Shown here in pieces: positions 44,652 to 54,697 of a DNA stretch of 64,000 bases. The notes under the pieces were generated by a model. It was not told the origin of the DNA. It was given only the letters and a program-made list of their open reading frames with translations, and searched no databases. This DNA comes from Clostridia bacterium (GTDB lineage Bacteria; Bacillota; DSM-521; Neomoorellales; SLTJ01): contig SLTJ01000021.1 in the NCBI GenBank assembly GCA_004347685.1, forward strand, positions 3,157-67,156. The letters run 5' to 3'. The first letter of the stretch is position 1. Each line of letters opens with the position of its first letter. Position numbers and translations under genes: made by a program.

Positions 44652-45582
44652 CGCCGGCCGTAACCACGCCTGTATGGAAAACCGCAGCGTTGGTGTTCAG
44701 ATAGCTCTGCATGGCTGCCACCAGAGTTCGGATACCGTAATTTTCCTCCCGGCTGCGTAGGTAAAATAAAGAAATATAACGGTGGAAGTCCACCGGCGGG
44801 TTGATCCGCACTTCCACCAGGGTGCCTTCCTTGAGCTCCCGCCCCAGGGCCAGCCTGGGGACAAAGGCCACGCCCATGCCCTGCATCACCAGCGTCTTAA
44901 TGGCCTCAAAGTTATCCAGTTCCAGGATGATATTCGGGTGCGGCACGGCCGGGCTCGTCAGGAAGGCCTCCACCGGGCGCCAAAAGGCCGAATCCCTGAT
45001 ATAGGCCACAATGGGGAGCTTGCGCAGGGCCCGCCGGGAAACGCTCCCCTGTACGACCACAGGGTGGCGCGGGCTGGCCACCAGAACCACATCGTCCTCG
45101 GTTATCGGCACCAGGCTCACGTGGCGGTGCACCTTGACAAAATTGGCGTTGGCAAAGGCAGCGTCAACTATACCACTTTCTACCAAATGAACTACTTCGG
45201 GGCTGGTACCGGTGCGCAGGGAAACCTCCAGATTGGTATTGGCGCGCAAGTACTTGAGGAAATGGGGCAGGCAATAGGAGCTGATGATGGGCGTGCTGGC
45301 CACGGAAATGCTGGTTACCGGCCCGGCGGCATTATTGATTGCGTGGCAACCTTCTTCAATGAGGGACAGGGCTTGTTCTATGTAGGGCAAAAGTTTTTTC
45401 CCGGCCGCCGTTAGCTGCGTTGTCCGGCCACGGGTAAAAAGTACTTGCCCCAGTTCCTTCTCCAGGGCCTGGATGCGGGCCGTTAAAGAAGGCTGGGTTA
45501 TGTAGAGTTTCTCAGCGGCCCGGGAAAAACTCTGCTCCCTGGCTACGGCCAAGAAGGCTTCTAGCTGAGATAGTTGCAACAT
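44623..45582 (-). CDS. LysR family transcriptional regulator
   Basis: SFSRAAEKLYITQPSLTARIQALEKELG..LF.R....LT.AG, plus substrate-binding domain. Confidence 0.95.
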   Translation of the reverse strand: MLQLSQLEAFLAVAREQSFSRAAEKLYITQPSLTARIQALEKELGQVLFTRGRTTQLTAAGKKLLPYIEQALSLIEEGCHAINNAAGPVTSISVASTPIISSYCLPHFLKYLRANTNLEVSLRTGTSPEVVHLVESGIVDAAFANANFVKVHRHVSLVPITEDDVVLVASPRHPVVVQGSVSRRALRKLPIVAYIRDSAFWRPVEAFLTSPAVPHPNIILELDNFEAIKTLVMQGMGVAFVPRLALGRELKEGTLVEVRINPPVDFHRYISLFYLRSREENYGIRTLVAAMQSYLNTNAAVFHTGVVTAGDEAGQEIYG

Positions 45583-45796
45583 TCAGCCCCCTCTCATGAC
45601 CATTCCGGCAGGTTAGACACCAAGTACCTCAGGCTAACACATTATACCACAAAAAGGTGGCTATGTAACTGCCTTTTGGCGTACGGACCTACAGAAGAGG
45701 GCCAGCAACCAAACTTTCTCCGGGCGGCGCAAGGCAGAGGAACGACCCATGCCCTGTGTCACCCGGAAATCTCACTCCGTCACGGGCAACGGCGGG

Positions 45797-47056
45797 CTAT
45801 TTTGCAATGGCCCACTGCCCCTTGTCGTCAATCAAAAGCATGATCACGGCATCAGGTACGTGGACACCTATGCGGTCTTCCTTGGTCAGCTTAATAGTCC
45901 CGCCCACACCCACTACTTCGTGCGCACCTTCCAGCCATTCATTAATCTTGGCCCGGTCAGGCCCTGCCGCCTTGAGGGCTTCCGCTGCCACCATCATGGT
46001 GTCAAACCCGTACATGGCCAGCCCCTCGGGGTCAGTCTTAGTGGAATCGTGGAGAATGCTATATATCCTTTCATAGAAGTTCTTTTGCGGGTCGTTGTTC
46101 GGCAACTGGCCGGCAACTACAAACTTGGGGCTTAATACCAGGGCCGTACCCGGCTTGTATTCGGCCATCATCCTCTTCATCTCGTTATGCGTGTTCCCTA
46201 TCGAAATGATCATCGGGACATTTTCCAGGCCCACCTGGTTTAATTGCTTGCGGACCTGATACACTGCCTGGCCGGCCACCATGGTAAAGATCAGGTCGGG
46301 CTTGTCACCCTTCAACTTGATAAGCTGTGGAGTATAATCGATGTCCTTGGCCCCTATGCGGATCCGAGCCGTCTGCTTGATGTCGGGGTTTTGCCCGAAG
46401 TACTTGGTAAACAAACCCTCCATCAAATCGCCTAATGAATCCGTGGAAGTTATGGTAGCCACCTTGGTGGCACCGTGTGCCTTCGCGTACTCAAAGTACT
46501 TGATCGCCTGCATTTCCAGGTGGGGAGTCGGCGCCCATGACCACTTAACTCCCTGGCTGGGCTCATAGCCGCCGGAGGTGGAGATCATGGGCACGCCGAC
46601 TCGCTCGGCCACCGCTTCGGCCGCGTACGCGGTAGGCGTAAATGTCGGACCGATTATGACCGGAACGCCTTGCAGCGCCAGATCTTCCGCCGCCCTGGCG
46701 GCCAAATCGGGACTGGATTGGTCATCAATCTCCACCAGCTTCACGGGGTGCCCGTCTATTTCGTTGCCTAATACCTCCAAGGCCGCCTTGTACCCGGCCT
46801 GCTGGGACTTGCCACCAGCCGCTTTATCTCCCGTAAGGCTGTTGATAACGCCAATCTTATACTCAGAGGTCTCGGAAGTGGCAGGCGCACTTTGTCCAGT
46901 AGTCCCACCAGGGCTGGCAGGTTCAGTTTGCGCCCCTGCAGGTGACTTTGACGGGGTGGCCGGTGAGCTCGAGCCGCCGCCGCACCCGGCTAGGACTAAT
47001 ATAAAAGCTCCCGCCAGCAGCGCTAACCATAGGGTTTGTTTTTTCCGGAAACTCAT
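45797..47056 (-). CDS. LIV-type ABC substrate-binding lipoprotein (second system)
   Basis: LVLAGC lipobox, IGVINSLTG..A..G, IDDQSSP, IIGP. Start placed at MSFRKK. Confidence 0.88.
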   Translation of the reverse strand: MSFRKKQTLWLALLAGAFILVLAGCGGGSSSPATPSKSPAGAQTEPASPGGTTGQSAPATSETSEYKIGVINSLTGDKAAGGKSQQAGYKAALEVLGNEIDGHPVKLVEIDDQSSPDLAARAAEDLALQGVPVIIGPTFTPTAYAAEAVAERVGVPMISTSGGYEPSQGVKWSWAPTPHLEMQAIKYFEYAKAHGATKVATITSTDSLGDLMEGLFTKYFGQNPDIKQTARIRIGAKDIDYTPQLIKLKGDKPDLIFTMVAGQAVYQVRKQLNQVGLENVPMIISIGNTHNEMKRMMAEYKPGTALVLSPKFVVAGQLPNNDPQKNFYERIYSILHDSTKTDPEGLAMYGFDTMMVAAEALKAAGPDRAKINEWLEGAHEVVGVGGTIKLTKEDRIGVHVPDAVIMLLIDDKGQWAIAK

Positions 47057-47081
47057 CACTATGCACCTCCATTTTTTGTAA

Positions 47082-47801
47082 TTATCCCAAGTACTTTTCC
47101 AACAATCTGCTGCGATCCCTAAAATAATCCGTGGGTCCTTCATCTACGACTTTGCCACCGTTAAGTACGTAAGCCCGTTGGGCTACGGTTAGCGCTACGT
47201 TGGCCGACTGCTCAACCAATAGCACCGAAATCCCTTCTGTGGGAAGCCTGGCTACTACATCCATGATAGCCTGAACTACCACAGGCGCCAGTCCTAAAGA
47301 CGGCTCGTCCAACAACAAAACTTTCGGCCTGGCCATCAATCCCCGACCGATGGCCAGCATCTGCTGCTCGCCTCCGCTCAAAGTACCGGCATACTGGTGC
47401 TGCCTCTCCTTCAGGCGAGGGAACAGGGTAAACACCTGGGCTTTTCTCATTTCCACCTCCCCCCTCTGGTTATGGTATAAGTACGCACCCAGCATAAGAT
47501 TATCCAAAACCGTCAACCCGCTGAAAACCTCGCGTCCTTCGGGCACATGAATTATGCCGGCGCGCACCACCTTGTCATATCCGGTGCCTGTCAGTTCCTG
47601 ACCACAGTAATCAACCCTACCCCTCCTCCTTACCAGACCGGATAACGCCCGCAGGAGGGTCGTCTTCCCAGCGCCGTTAGGGCCGAGCAAAGCCACACAC
47701 TCGCCTTCTCGGATATGAAGACTAACACCGAACAGTACCTGAACATCACCATAAAAGGCATTAAGCCCATCAATTTGTAGGATCGTTCGTCTGGGTTCCA
47801 A
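47082..47801 (-). CDS. LIV-type ABC ATP-binding subunit (LivF-like)
   Basis: GPNGAGKTT, VPEGREVF, LSGGEQQML, LDEPSLGLAP. Confidence 0.94.
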   Translation of the reverse strand: MEPRRTILQIDGLNAFYGDVQVLFGVSLHIREGECVALLGPNGAGKTTLLRALSGLVRRRGRVDYCGQELTGTGYDKVVRAGIIHVPEGREVFSGLTVLDNLMLGAYLYHNQRGEVEMRKAQVFTLFPRLKERQHQYAGTLSGGEQQMLAIGRGLMARPKVLLLDEPSLGLAPVVVQAIMDVVARLPTEGISVLLVEQSANVALTVAQRAYVLNGGKVVDEGPTDYFRDRSRLLEKYLG

Positions 47802-48603
47802 AATAAGCTACCTCCACCTTTTTGTCTGCTCTTACTTCGGCTGGAGACCCCTCAGCTATTTTGCTACCGTGATCCAGGACAATCACCTGATGGCAAAGGC
47901 GCATGACCATGGCGACACGATGCTCTACTAGGACAATAGTGATCCCTCTTGCGTTAAGCATCTCTAGAACGGAACCAAGCGCGTCCACTTCGGCGTCATT
48001 TAGTCCGGCAGCCGGTTCATCCAGCAGCAGAACCCGCGGCTCCCCCGTGAGGCACCGGGCAATTTCCACCAGCCTACGGTCGCCCACGGGAAGAGCATCG
48101 GCCCGCTGAAGCGCCCTGGAGGCCAGCCCAAGTATGCGAAGGTATTCCATGGCTTTTTCTCTTATTTCCCTTTCCTGGTGGCGAATGACCGGAAATGAGA
48201 GCATGCTGGCAAATAGATTCGTTTGGCTGTGGTTATAAGCCCCCACCATAACGTTGTCTAGCACCGTGAAGTTTCCGGCCGAAAACAGCTTGCTGGTCTG
48301 AAACGTTTTGGACATTCCCAGCCGGCTACGAGCATGAGGGGTAAGAGCGTTTACCTTCCGGCCGAAGTAGAAAACTTCCCCTTTATCAGGTCTCATCAGC
48401 CCTGACAGAATGTTTAGCAGGGTAGTCTTACCAGCCCCGTTCGGGCCTATAACCCCGAAAATCTGTCCCTGCCAGACGTTCATATTTACCCTATTCAATA
48501 CCTGGAGACCTCCAAAGGCTTTGGTTACATCTAAGACCTGTAAGGCGGGGACGTCCCCACCGGCGCTATCAATTCTCGAGGTCAATTTCTTCACTCCCGG
48601 CAC
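47770..48603 (-). CDS. LIV-type ABC ATP-binding subunit (LivG-like)
   Basis: GPNGAGKTT, KTFQ, LLDEPAAG, LVEH. Confidence 0.93.
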   Translation of the reverse strand: MPGVKKLTSRIDSAGGDVPALQVLDVTKAFGGLQVLNRVNMNVWQGQIFGVIGPNGAGKTTLLNILSGLMRPDKGEVFYFGRKVNALTPHARSRLGMSKTFQTSKLFSAGNFTVLDNVMVGAYNHSQTNLFASMLSFPVIRHQEREIREKAMEYLRILGLASRALQRADALPVGDRRLVEIARCLTGEPRVLLLDEPAAGLNDAEVDALGSVLEMLNARGITIVLVEHRVAMVMRLCHQVIVLDHGSKIAEGSPAEVRADKKVEVAYFGTQTNDPTN

Positions 48604-49540
48604 CTAGACTCACGCTTTTCGTCTTTGAGCGAAAGTGGATTTCGCTAATGCCATGGGGCAAGAAGATCACCAGCAGAATAACGATTAGCCCTGTCAGCAA
48701 GACCTGCCATTGCCCAGACATACTGGCCACCTCGGGGAGAATGCGCCAGATGATGGCCCCCCATATGGCCCCGAACAAGTTGGTGACACCCCCCAGCATG
48801 CTGATTATTATGAGCTCCACGGACAGCAAAACACCAAACTGGCTCGGAGAAACAAACAATAAGTAGTGGGCTAGCAAACTCCCGCTAATACCGGTGAATA
48901 CACTACTGAGCAAGAATATCAGCATCTTCCAGCGGCCGACATCTATACCGATAGTTTCAGCCGCCGTTTCGTCACTGCGGATGGCCAGGAGCACTCGCCC
49001 CACCTGCGACCGCGCCAAGTTGTTGGCCAAGAGCAACACTACCAAGGCTATGCCCCATACCAGGTAGAAAAACGCGGTGCGGCCAAAGGGCACTCCCCCT
49101 AAGCTTAGCATAGGAATGCCAGGGATGCCACTTTCGCCTTTGGTAAAATCATACCAGCCGGTCAACACGTTCTGCACCAGAATACCAAAGGCCAAAGTGG
49201 CAGCGGAAAAATAAAAGCCTTTTAGCTTGAGTAAGGGGTACCCTACTGCGAGCCCGGATATTAAACAAAGGATGATACCCACCAGCATGGCTTCTCCTGG
49301 ACTAGCCCCATAGCGGGTGGTCATGATGGCTGTGCTATAAGCCCCGATGGCCATAAAGGCCCCCTGCCCGAGGGAGGCCTGCCCGGTGTACCCCATAAGC
49401 AAGGTGATGGCTAGCGCGGCAACTGTATATATCCCTGCACTCAGTACTATGGTAAATAAAATGCTCTGACCCAATAGAACAGGGGTCAAGATAACGAGCA
49501 ATAAGGCTAGCAGCAAGCTTAATCGTTCTCTTGGGTCCAA
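48569..49540 (-). CDS. LIV-type ABC permease (LivM-like)
   Basis: LLMGYTGQASLGQGAF, LKGFYF, GRVLLAIRSDE.AA. Confidence 0.92.
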   Translation of the reverse strand: MDPRERLSLLLALLLVILTPVLLGQSILFTIVLSAGIYTVAALAITLLMGYTGQASLGQGAFMAIGAYSTAIMTTRYGASPGEAMLVGIILCLISGLAVGYPLLKLKGFYFSAATLAFGILVQNVLTGWYDFTKGESGIPGIPMLSLGGVPFGRTAFFYLVWGIALVVLLLANNLARSQVGRVLLAIRSDETAAETIGIDVGRWKMLIFLLSSVFTGISGSLLAHYLLFVSPSQFGVLLSVELIIISMLGGVTNLFGAIWGAIIWRILPEVASMSGQWQVLLTGLIVILLVIFLPHGISEIHFRSKTKSVSLGAGSEEIDLEN

Positions 49541-49541
49541 C

Positions 49542-50408
49542 TCAAATCCTCCCGAATAAGCCAGTCGGCCTGGCTATTAGCAGTACGATCAAAAAGGCCA
49601 GGGTAATAGCGTCCTTGAACGAGGCCGAAATATACCCAGCCACGAAGGCTTCCATCAAGCCCAGAAGAAGGCCTCCGACCACGGCAGCGGTCGCGTTTCC
49701 CATCCCTCCCAGGACGGCAGCAATAAAACCTTTAAGGGTCAGCGACAGACCAGTACCAAAATCGATGGTTATTAGGGGAGCAAATACGACCCCCGCGATG
49801 GACACCAGACAGGCGCTGATGATATAGGTAATGCGGATCATGCGGCTGACGTTAATCCCCATGAGTTTGGCAGCCGTTGTGTTTTGAGAGCAGGCCATAA
49901 TGGCCTTGCCGTAAATGGTCTTGCTGATAAAAATGTAAACAAATACCAAAGCCAAAACACCTATTACGATTACCCATAAAGATTGACTTGGCAAGCTGGC
50001 TTCGCCGAAGCGTATTGCTTCCATTTGGCTGAACCGCGGCAGGCTGTGCGCCTCCCGACCCCATACGTTAAGAAACAAACCCTGGAACACGAAAACCGCT
50101 CCTACCGCGCCAATCAGCACCGAGGTCTCCTCGCCAGCGTACAGCGGCTCCATTACCAGGCGTTCCTGGACCAGGGAGGCTCCAGCAGCAACTACCATGG
50201 CCAGAATTAGGCTAGGTACCAAATCCAGATGCGAGGCAGTCAGGCTAAGCACACAAAATATACTCAGCACCGCGTACTCGCCCAGTGCCAAATTAGCCTT
50301 CCTGGTCACGTTATAGATCAAGGTAAGAGCCAAGGCCAGAAGAGCGTAAACACTGCCAGACGTAATGCCAGAAAATATGTATTGTAAGATCAAGGTACTA
50401 GTGGCCAT
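49542..50408 (-). CDS. LIV-type ABC permease (LivH-like)
   Basis: GITSGSVYALLAL, NLALGE, LKGFIAAVLGGMGN. Confidence 0.92.
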   Translation of the reverse strand: MATSTLILQYIFSGITSGSVYALLALALTLIYNVTRKANLALGEYAVLSIFCVLSLTASHLDLVPSLILAMVVAAGASLVQERLVMEPLYAGEETSVLIGAVGAVFVFQGLFLNVWGREAHSLPRFSQMEAIRFGEASLPSQSLWVIVIGVLALVFVYIFISKTIYGKAIMACSQNTTAAKLMGINVSRMIRITYIISACLVSIAGVVFAPLITIDFGTGLSLTLKGFIAAVLGGMGNATAAVVGGLLLGLMEAFVAGYISASFKDAITLAFLIVLLIARPTGLFGRI

Positions 50409-50763
50409 AGCGGTATCTCCTTGGACTGAGATTTCTGCAACCCACCTTTTCCGCACCGACACCGTTCCCCTCTACAGTGCCTGCCTATCCCAAAGAATGA
50501 CCTTTCGAGCTATATCCCCTCCCCTCGGAAGCATGTTGAAGAATTCCCGGAGGCCGTTCAAGAACGAGCATGGCGCGAAGAGCACTCCAGCCTGAGGGAG
50601 CGCATCTCGGCGGTAGTGAGCGCCGTGGGCCGGCTGGGTGAAGCCGGGCGAAGTTTTTCAACCGCCGCCTAGGAGCTTTTCCGCAGCCTCGCTGACAGTG
50701 CACCGCACTCGCGCCCGCAGAATGAGGCCTTTTCTGGATGACATACACAAATTATCACGTACG

Positions 50764-50778
50764 ATAGGTCATGGCTAT
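50764..50778. promoter_or_regulatory. LysR-type recognition box ATAG-N7-CTAT
   Basis: Dyad containing T-N11-A, centred about 65 bp upstream of the predicted TSS of the 50801 promoter. Confidence 0.6.
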
Positions 50779-50800
50779 AATTATATTCAACATTCAGCAG

Positions 50801-50829
50801 TTGTCAAGGGGAATTTGCTATGATATAAT
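50801..50829 (+). promoter_or_regulatory. SigA promoter of the CoA-transferase-like operon
   Basis: TTGTCA-17 nt-TATAAT with an extended TG. Confidence 0.8.
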
Positions 50830-50964
50830 CCATACGTGAGGTAGATTTTATAGATAGAAAGGGGGCAAATGCGGAGGCTTTGGTTCAAGACAATAGCCTA
50901 GCAAGCTTATGGAAATCGCGCCATGGAGAATGACGCAACACTATAATTCAGGGGGTAAGTTCCA

Positions 50965-51867
50965 GTGCTCAGGCAATCAAAGGTTCGCAGCCTGGCCGAG
51001 GCCGTATCCCTGATCAACAACGGGGATACAGTGGTGGTCTGCGGGTTCAACCTGCAGAACAAGCCCATGGCCCTGGTCAGGGAAATCATCCGGCAGAAGA
51101 AGAAGAACTTGTGGCTGGTGACGGCCGGCCCGTCCAGCATCGACGCCGACCAACTCATTGGTGGCGGCTGCGTGCGCAAGGTGGCCAGCGTGTCCATCAG
51201 CGCCGAACGCTTCGGCCCCATCGGCCCCTGCTTCCGCCGGGCCGTGCAGCAGCAGAGCATTGAGATCTGGGAGTGCGAGCAGGGGATCATGACCGCCGCC
51301 CTCCGCGGCGCTATCCAAGGGGTGCCTTTTGTCCCCACCGTGGCCGGCCTGGGCGGGGACTTCGTCAAGGTCAACCCCGACCTGAAGGTGATCCAGGACC
51401 CCTTCGAGGGCCGGCCGGTGGTGGCGGTAAAAACCATCAAGCCTGACGTGGCCCTGATACATACCCTCATCGCTGACGAATTTGGCAACGCTAGGCTGGA
51501 AGGCGGCATGTTCTTTGACGAGTTGGCGGTCCGCGCCGCCAAGAAGGTTATTGTCAGCACGGAAAACGTGGTGCCTACCGCGGTTATCCAACATGAGCCC
51601 CGCCTCACCAGGGTATTCTCCCACATGACGGCCGCGGTGGTCGAGGTTCCCTATGGCAGCCATCCCACTGCCTGCCACGGTGCTTACACCTTCGACGAGG
51701 AGGCCTGCGGTGAATACATTAAGGCCGCCCGCTCCGGGCCGGATGGCTTCCAGGAATACGCCGACAAGTACATCTCCGGCGCGCCGACACAAATGGAGTA
51801 CCTGAACCTGTTCGGTGTCGAGCGCCTGTTGAATATCCGCACGAAAGTGAGGGTGGGAGACATATGA
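50965..51867 (+). CDS. Class I CoA-transferase-fold alpha subunit (GctA/IpdA-like)
   Basis: SLAEAVSLI..GD.V...G, PMALVREIIRQ, GVPFVP..GLG.D, PDVALIH...AD.FGN. Confidence 0.9.
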   Translation: MLRQSKVRSLAEAVSLINNGDTVVVCGFNLQNKPMALVREIIRQKKKNLWLVTAGPSSIDADQLIGGGCVRKVASVSISAERFGPIGPCFRRAVQQQSIEIWECEQGIMTAALRGAIQGVPFVPTVAGLGGDFVKVNPDLKVIQDPFEGRPVVAVKTIKPDVALIHTLIADEFGNARLEGGMFFDELAVRAAKKVIVSTENVVPTAVIQHEPRLTRVFSHMTAAVVEVPYGSHPTACHGAYTFDEEACGEYIKAARSGPDGFQEYADKYISGAPTQMEYLNLFGVERLLNIRTKVRVGDI

Positions 51868-52649
51868 GCCAGGGCTATACCATTTCCGAACTCATGGCCT
51901 GCGTTTTTGCCCGGGAAATAAAGGACGGGGAGCTGGGCGGCTGCCCGGGGGTGCGCTCTGAGGTGCCGCTGGCCTCAGTGCGGCTGGCCCAGAGGATGCA
52001 CGCCCCCAATACCACCTGTTACTATGGCGCCATAGTATATAACACCGACGCCCCCTTGAGCAAGTTCGCCACTGAGTACGACCGGATTATCGGCGCTGAG
52101 GCCTCGGTGGCCACCTACGAATGGTTTGACACCCTGCACCGGGGGGATATTGACTTCTTCTTCGTCGGCGGCATGCAGGTAGACATGTACGGCAACCTGA
52201 ACCTTGTCTGCCTAGGAGACTGGAAAAAGCCCACCCTACGGGGGCCGGGCTCGGCAGGGTTGAACACCGTCACCTTTGCTCGCCGCCACTTCATTTGGAT
52301 CAACGAACATACCAGCCGGGTCTTCGTGCCCAAGGTGGACTTTATCTCCTGCCCGGGCTACCTGGACGGCCCGGGAGCCAGGGAAGGTGCCGGCCTGCGG
52401 TGGGGCGGCCCGTCCATCGTGGTATCGCCCCTGGCGGTAATGGATTTTGACCAGGAGACGAAAAGGATGCGCCTGCGCTCGGTACACCCCGGAGTGACCG
52501 TAGACGAGGTCAAGCAGAATACCGGCTTTGAACTGATTATCCCGGACAGCGTGCCCCAGACCCCCGCGCCCTCGGAGGAGGAACTGCGGGTTCTGCGCAC
52601 CGAAGTAGACCCGGCCGGCATCCTGCGGAACGAAGAACCGGTGGGATAG
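51864..52649 (+). CDS. Class I CoA-transferase-fold beta subunit (GctB/IpdB-like), canonical Glu apparently absent
   Basis: ELMA...AREI.DG, LAQRMHAPN, DFFFVGGMQVDMYGNLN, LRGPGSAG, FVPKVDFI, LRSVHPG. Confidence 0.9.
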   Translation: MSQGYTISELMACVFAREIKDGELGGCPGVRSEVPLASVRLAQRMHAPNTTCYYGAIVYNTDAPLSKFATEYDRIIGAEASVATYEWFDTLHRGDIDFFFVGGMQVDMYGNLNLVCLGDWKKPTLRGPGSAGLNTVTFARRHFIWINEHTSRVFVPKVDFISCPGYLDGPGAREGAGLRWGGPSIVVSPLAVMDFDQETKRMRLRSVHPGVTVDEVKQNTGFELIIPDSVPQTPAPSEEELRVLRTEVDPAGILRNEEPVG

Positions 52650-52657
52650 CTCCCCTG

Positions 52658-52697
52658 CCCGGCCCCGCGCCCTTACGGCCGGGGCCGGGTTTCTTTT
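52658..52697 (+). terminator. Rho-independent terminator
   Basis: CCCGGCCCCG...CGGGGCCGGG followed by TTTCTTTT. Confidence 0.75.
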
Positions 52698-52741
52698 ACA
52701 GGCGTGAAAAGCCAGCAGCGAGTGACTTCTTCTCAAAGGAG

Positions 52742-53950
52742 ATGTTTACGATGTTACCCCTCGAAGATATAAGAGTGCTCGATCTCAGCCATGCCGCAGC
52801 CGGACCTTACTGCTCCATGCTCCTGGCCGATATGGGGGCCGAGGTAGTAAAGATCGAACCCGCCCACGGGGAGCATTTCCGCCAAGTCCTAGGCAGCAGC
52901 ATTTTCGTCAACCTAAACCGCAACAAAAGGGGCATTGTGGTCAACATGGCCACCCCGGAGGGGAAAGATATCGTCCTGAAGCTGGCCCACCAAAGCGACG
53001 TCATGCTGGAAAGCTTCACCCCCGGGTCGGTAGACCGGCTAGGCCTGGGTTACGAGGCCATTAAAGAAAGCAACCCCGGGATAATTTACGCCTCCATCTC
53101 CGGCTTCGGCCAGACCGGCCCCTACCGCGACCGTCCGGGCTACGACGTGGTGGCCCAGGCCATGTCCGGCCTGATGCTGGCCACCGGCACACCAGACGGC
53201 CCCCCGGTGCGGATCGGTACTTCCCTCATTGATTTCAGCGCCGGCCTGTTCGTAGCCTTCGGCATCATCCTGGCCCTGCGCAACCGGGAGAAGACCGGAC
53301 AGGGGTGCCGCGTTGACATGTCCCTGCTGGAAACAGCCATCTCCTGGATGAACTACTGGGTGACCTACTACTCCATGTACCAGAAACTACCGCAACGGTG
53401 GGGCTCGGCCCACGAGATGTTCGCCCCCTACCAGGTCTTTGCCACCAAAGACAAGCCCATTTTCGTGGGCGTTTCCACCAACAAATTCTTCGAGGCCTTC
53501 TGCCGCGCCTTTGGGCTGGAGCACCTGCTGGAGGAAGAAAAATTCAGCACCAACGAACTCCGCTGCCAGCACCGGGATGAACTGGTGCCCCTGGTGGCCG
53601 AAGCGCTGAAAAACTACTCTTCACAAGAGCTGCTGGCCAAACTCGAGGAGCTGGGCATCCCCAACGCCCCGCTGTTGAACATTGACGAGGTGATAGAGCA
53701 CCCCCAGGTGCAGGCCCGGGACATCATCGCCGATATGGAGCATCCCCTCTATGGCCCGGTAAAAATGACGAAATTCCCGGTGCATATGTCCAATATGGAC
53801 CGTCCCCTGCGCGCGCCTGCGCCCCTCCTGGGAGAGCATACCGAGGAAGTCCTGCTCAGGCTCGATTACAGCCCGGCGGAAATCGAAGCCCTGGAGCAAA
53901 AGGGCGTGATCCTGCGGGCCAGGAAGGACCAGGCGACCAGGCCGGTATAA
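52742..53950 (+). CDS. Class III CoA-transferase (CaiB/BaiF family)
   Basis: RVLDLS...AGPY...LLADMGAEVVKIEP, NRNKR, ISGFGQTGP, GYD.VAQAMSG, APLLGEHT. Confidence 0.95.
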   Translation: MFTMLPLEDIRVLDLSHAAAGPYCSMLLADMGAEVVKIEPAHGEHFRQVLGSSIFVNLNRNKRGIVVNMATPEGKDIVLKLAHQSDVMLESFTPGSVDRLGLGYEAIKESNPGIIYASISGFGQTGPYRDRPGYDVVAQAMSGLMLATGTPDGPPVRIGTSLIDFSAGLFVAFGIILALRNREKTGQGCRVDMSLLETAISWMNYWVTYYSMYQKLPQRWGSAHEMFAPYQVFATKDKPIFVGVSTNKFFEAFCRAFGLEHLLEEEKFSTNELRCQHRDELVPLVAEALKNYSSQELLAKLEELGIPNAPLLNIDEVIEHPQVQARDIIADMEHPLYGPVKMTKFPVHMSNMDRPLRAPAPLLGEHTEEVLLRLDYSPAEIEALEQKGVILRARKDQATRPV

Positions 53951-53968
53951 ATTGATTAGCTCATTATC

Positions 53969-53997
53969 TTGTCAGGTCGGGATTTTTATGATATGGT
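53969..53997 (+). promoter_or_regulatory. SigA promoter upstream of the PHP gene
   Basis: TTGTCA-17 nt-TATGGT with an extended TG. Confidence 0.6.
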
Positions 53998-54042
53998 AGG
54001 AATAGATAAGCCCGGGATCAAGAGGATGCTGGAGGCAGGCCA

Positions 54043-54549
54043 TTGACCAGGTTAAAGCTCGACCTACATATGCACCCCGAGGAGATGAGTTCCTTCGCAC
54101 CCCTCACCGTGGCCGTGGTGAAGAACGTGCTGGAAAGCGCCCTGGACCACGGCCTGGACGGGATAGCCGTCACCGAGCACGAAAACCTGGCCTACGGCCT
54201 GAAGTTCGTCGAGTTGGTACAGGAGCATTTTCCCCATTACCCGCTGCTGGTGCTCCCAGGAAGAGAGATAAGGGTTAAATACCACGAGGAGGTTGAGGTT
54301 TACCTCCCCGAAGGTAAGGTGTTTCGTTTTCTGGCCCACCCGGCCACCTCCATCGAGTTCAACGGCAACATAGGCGGCATCGAAGTGGAAAACAGCATGC
54401 ACTACATAAGCCGCCGTCACGTAGAGGAGATGCTGGCGGCCTCCCCTCACCTCCTGGCCTTGCGGAACAGCGACGCCCACCACTACGAGGATGTGGGCAA
54501 GCTGTTTTCGGAAGTGGCCTGGAATGAATTACTGGCCCGGGCAAAGTGA
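54043..54549 (+). CDS. Small PHP-domain metallophosphoesterase-like protein
   Basis: DLHMH, GLDGIAVTEH, PGREI, AHP, NSDAH. Confidence 0.85.
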   Translation: MTRLKLDLHMHPEEMSSFAPLTVAVVKNVLESALDHGLDGIAVTEHENLAYGLKFVELVQEHFPHYPLLVLPGREIRVKYHEEVEVYLPEGKVFRFLAHPATSIEFNGNIGGIEVENSMHYISRRHVEEMLAASPHLLALRNSDAHHYEDVGKLFSEVAWNELLARAK

Positions 54550-54697
54550 AAACGTTGGCAGGGAGCCTGACCACCACCGGCCAGCAGCTCCAGCAACACA
54601 GACGAAAAATATTGAGGAGAAGAAAGGAGTGAGCAGCCTGGCCGGCGCAACCTCATGCATAAGTACTGAGGCTTGTCATGCCGTTGTCAGGAGATTC

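Noticed and set aside
50495-50672. Protein-like + strand frame (VEEFPEAVQERAWREEH...) in the divergent intergenic region
   Set aside because: No start or RBS and no recognisable motif.
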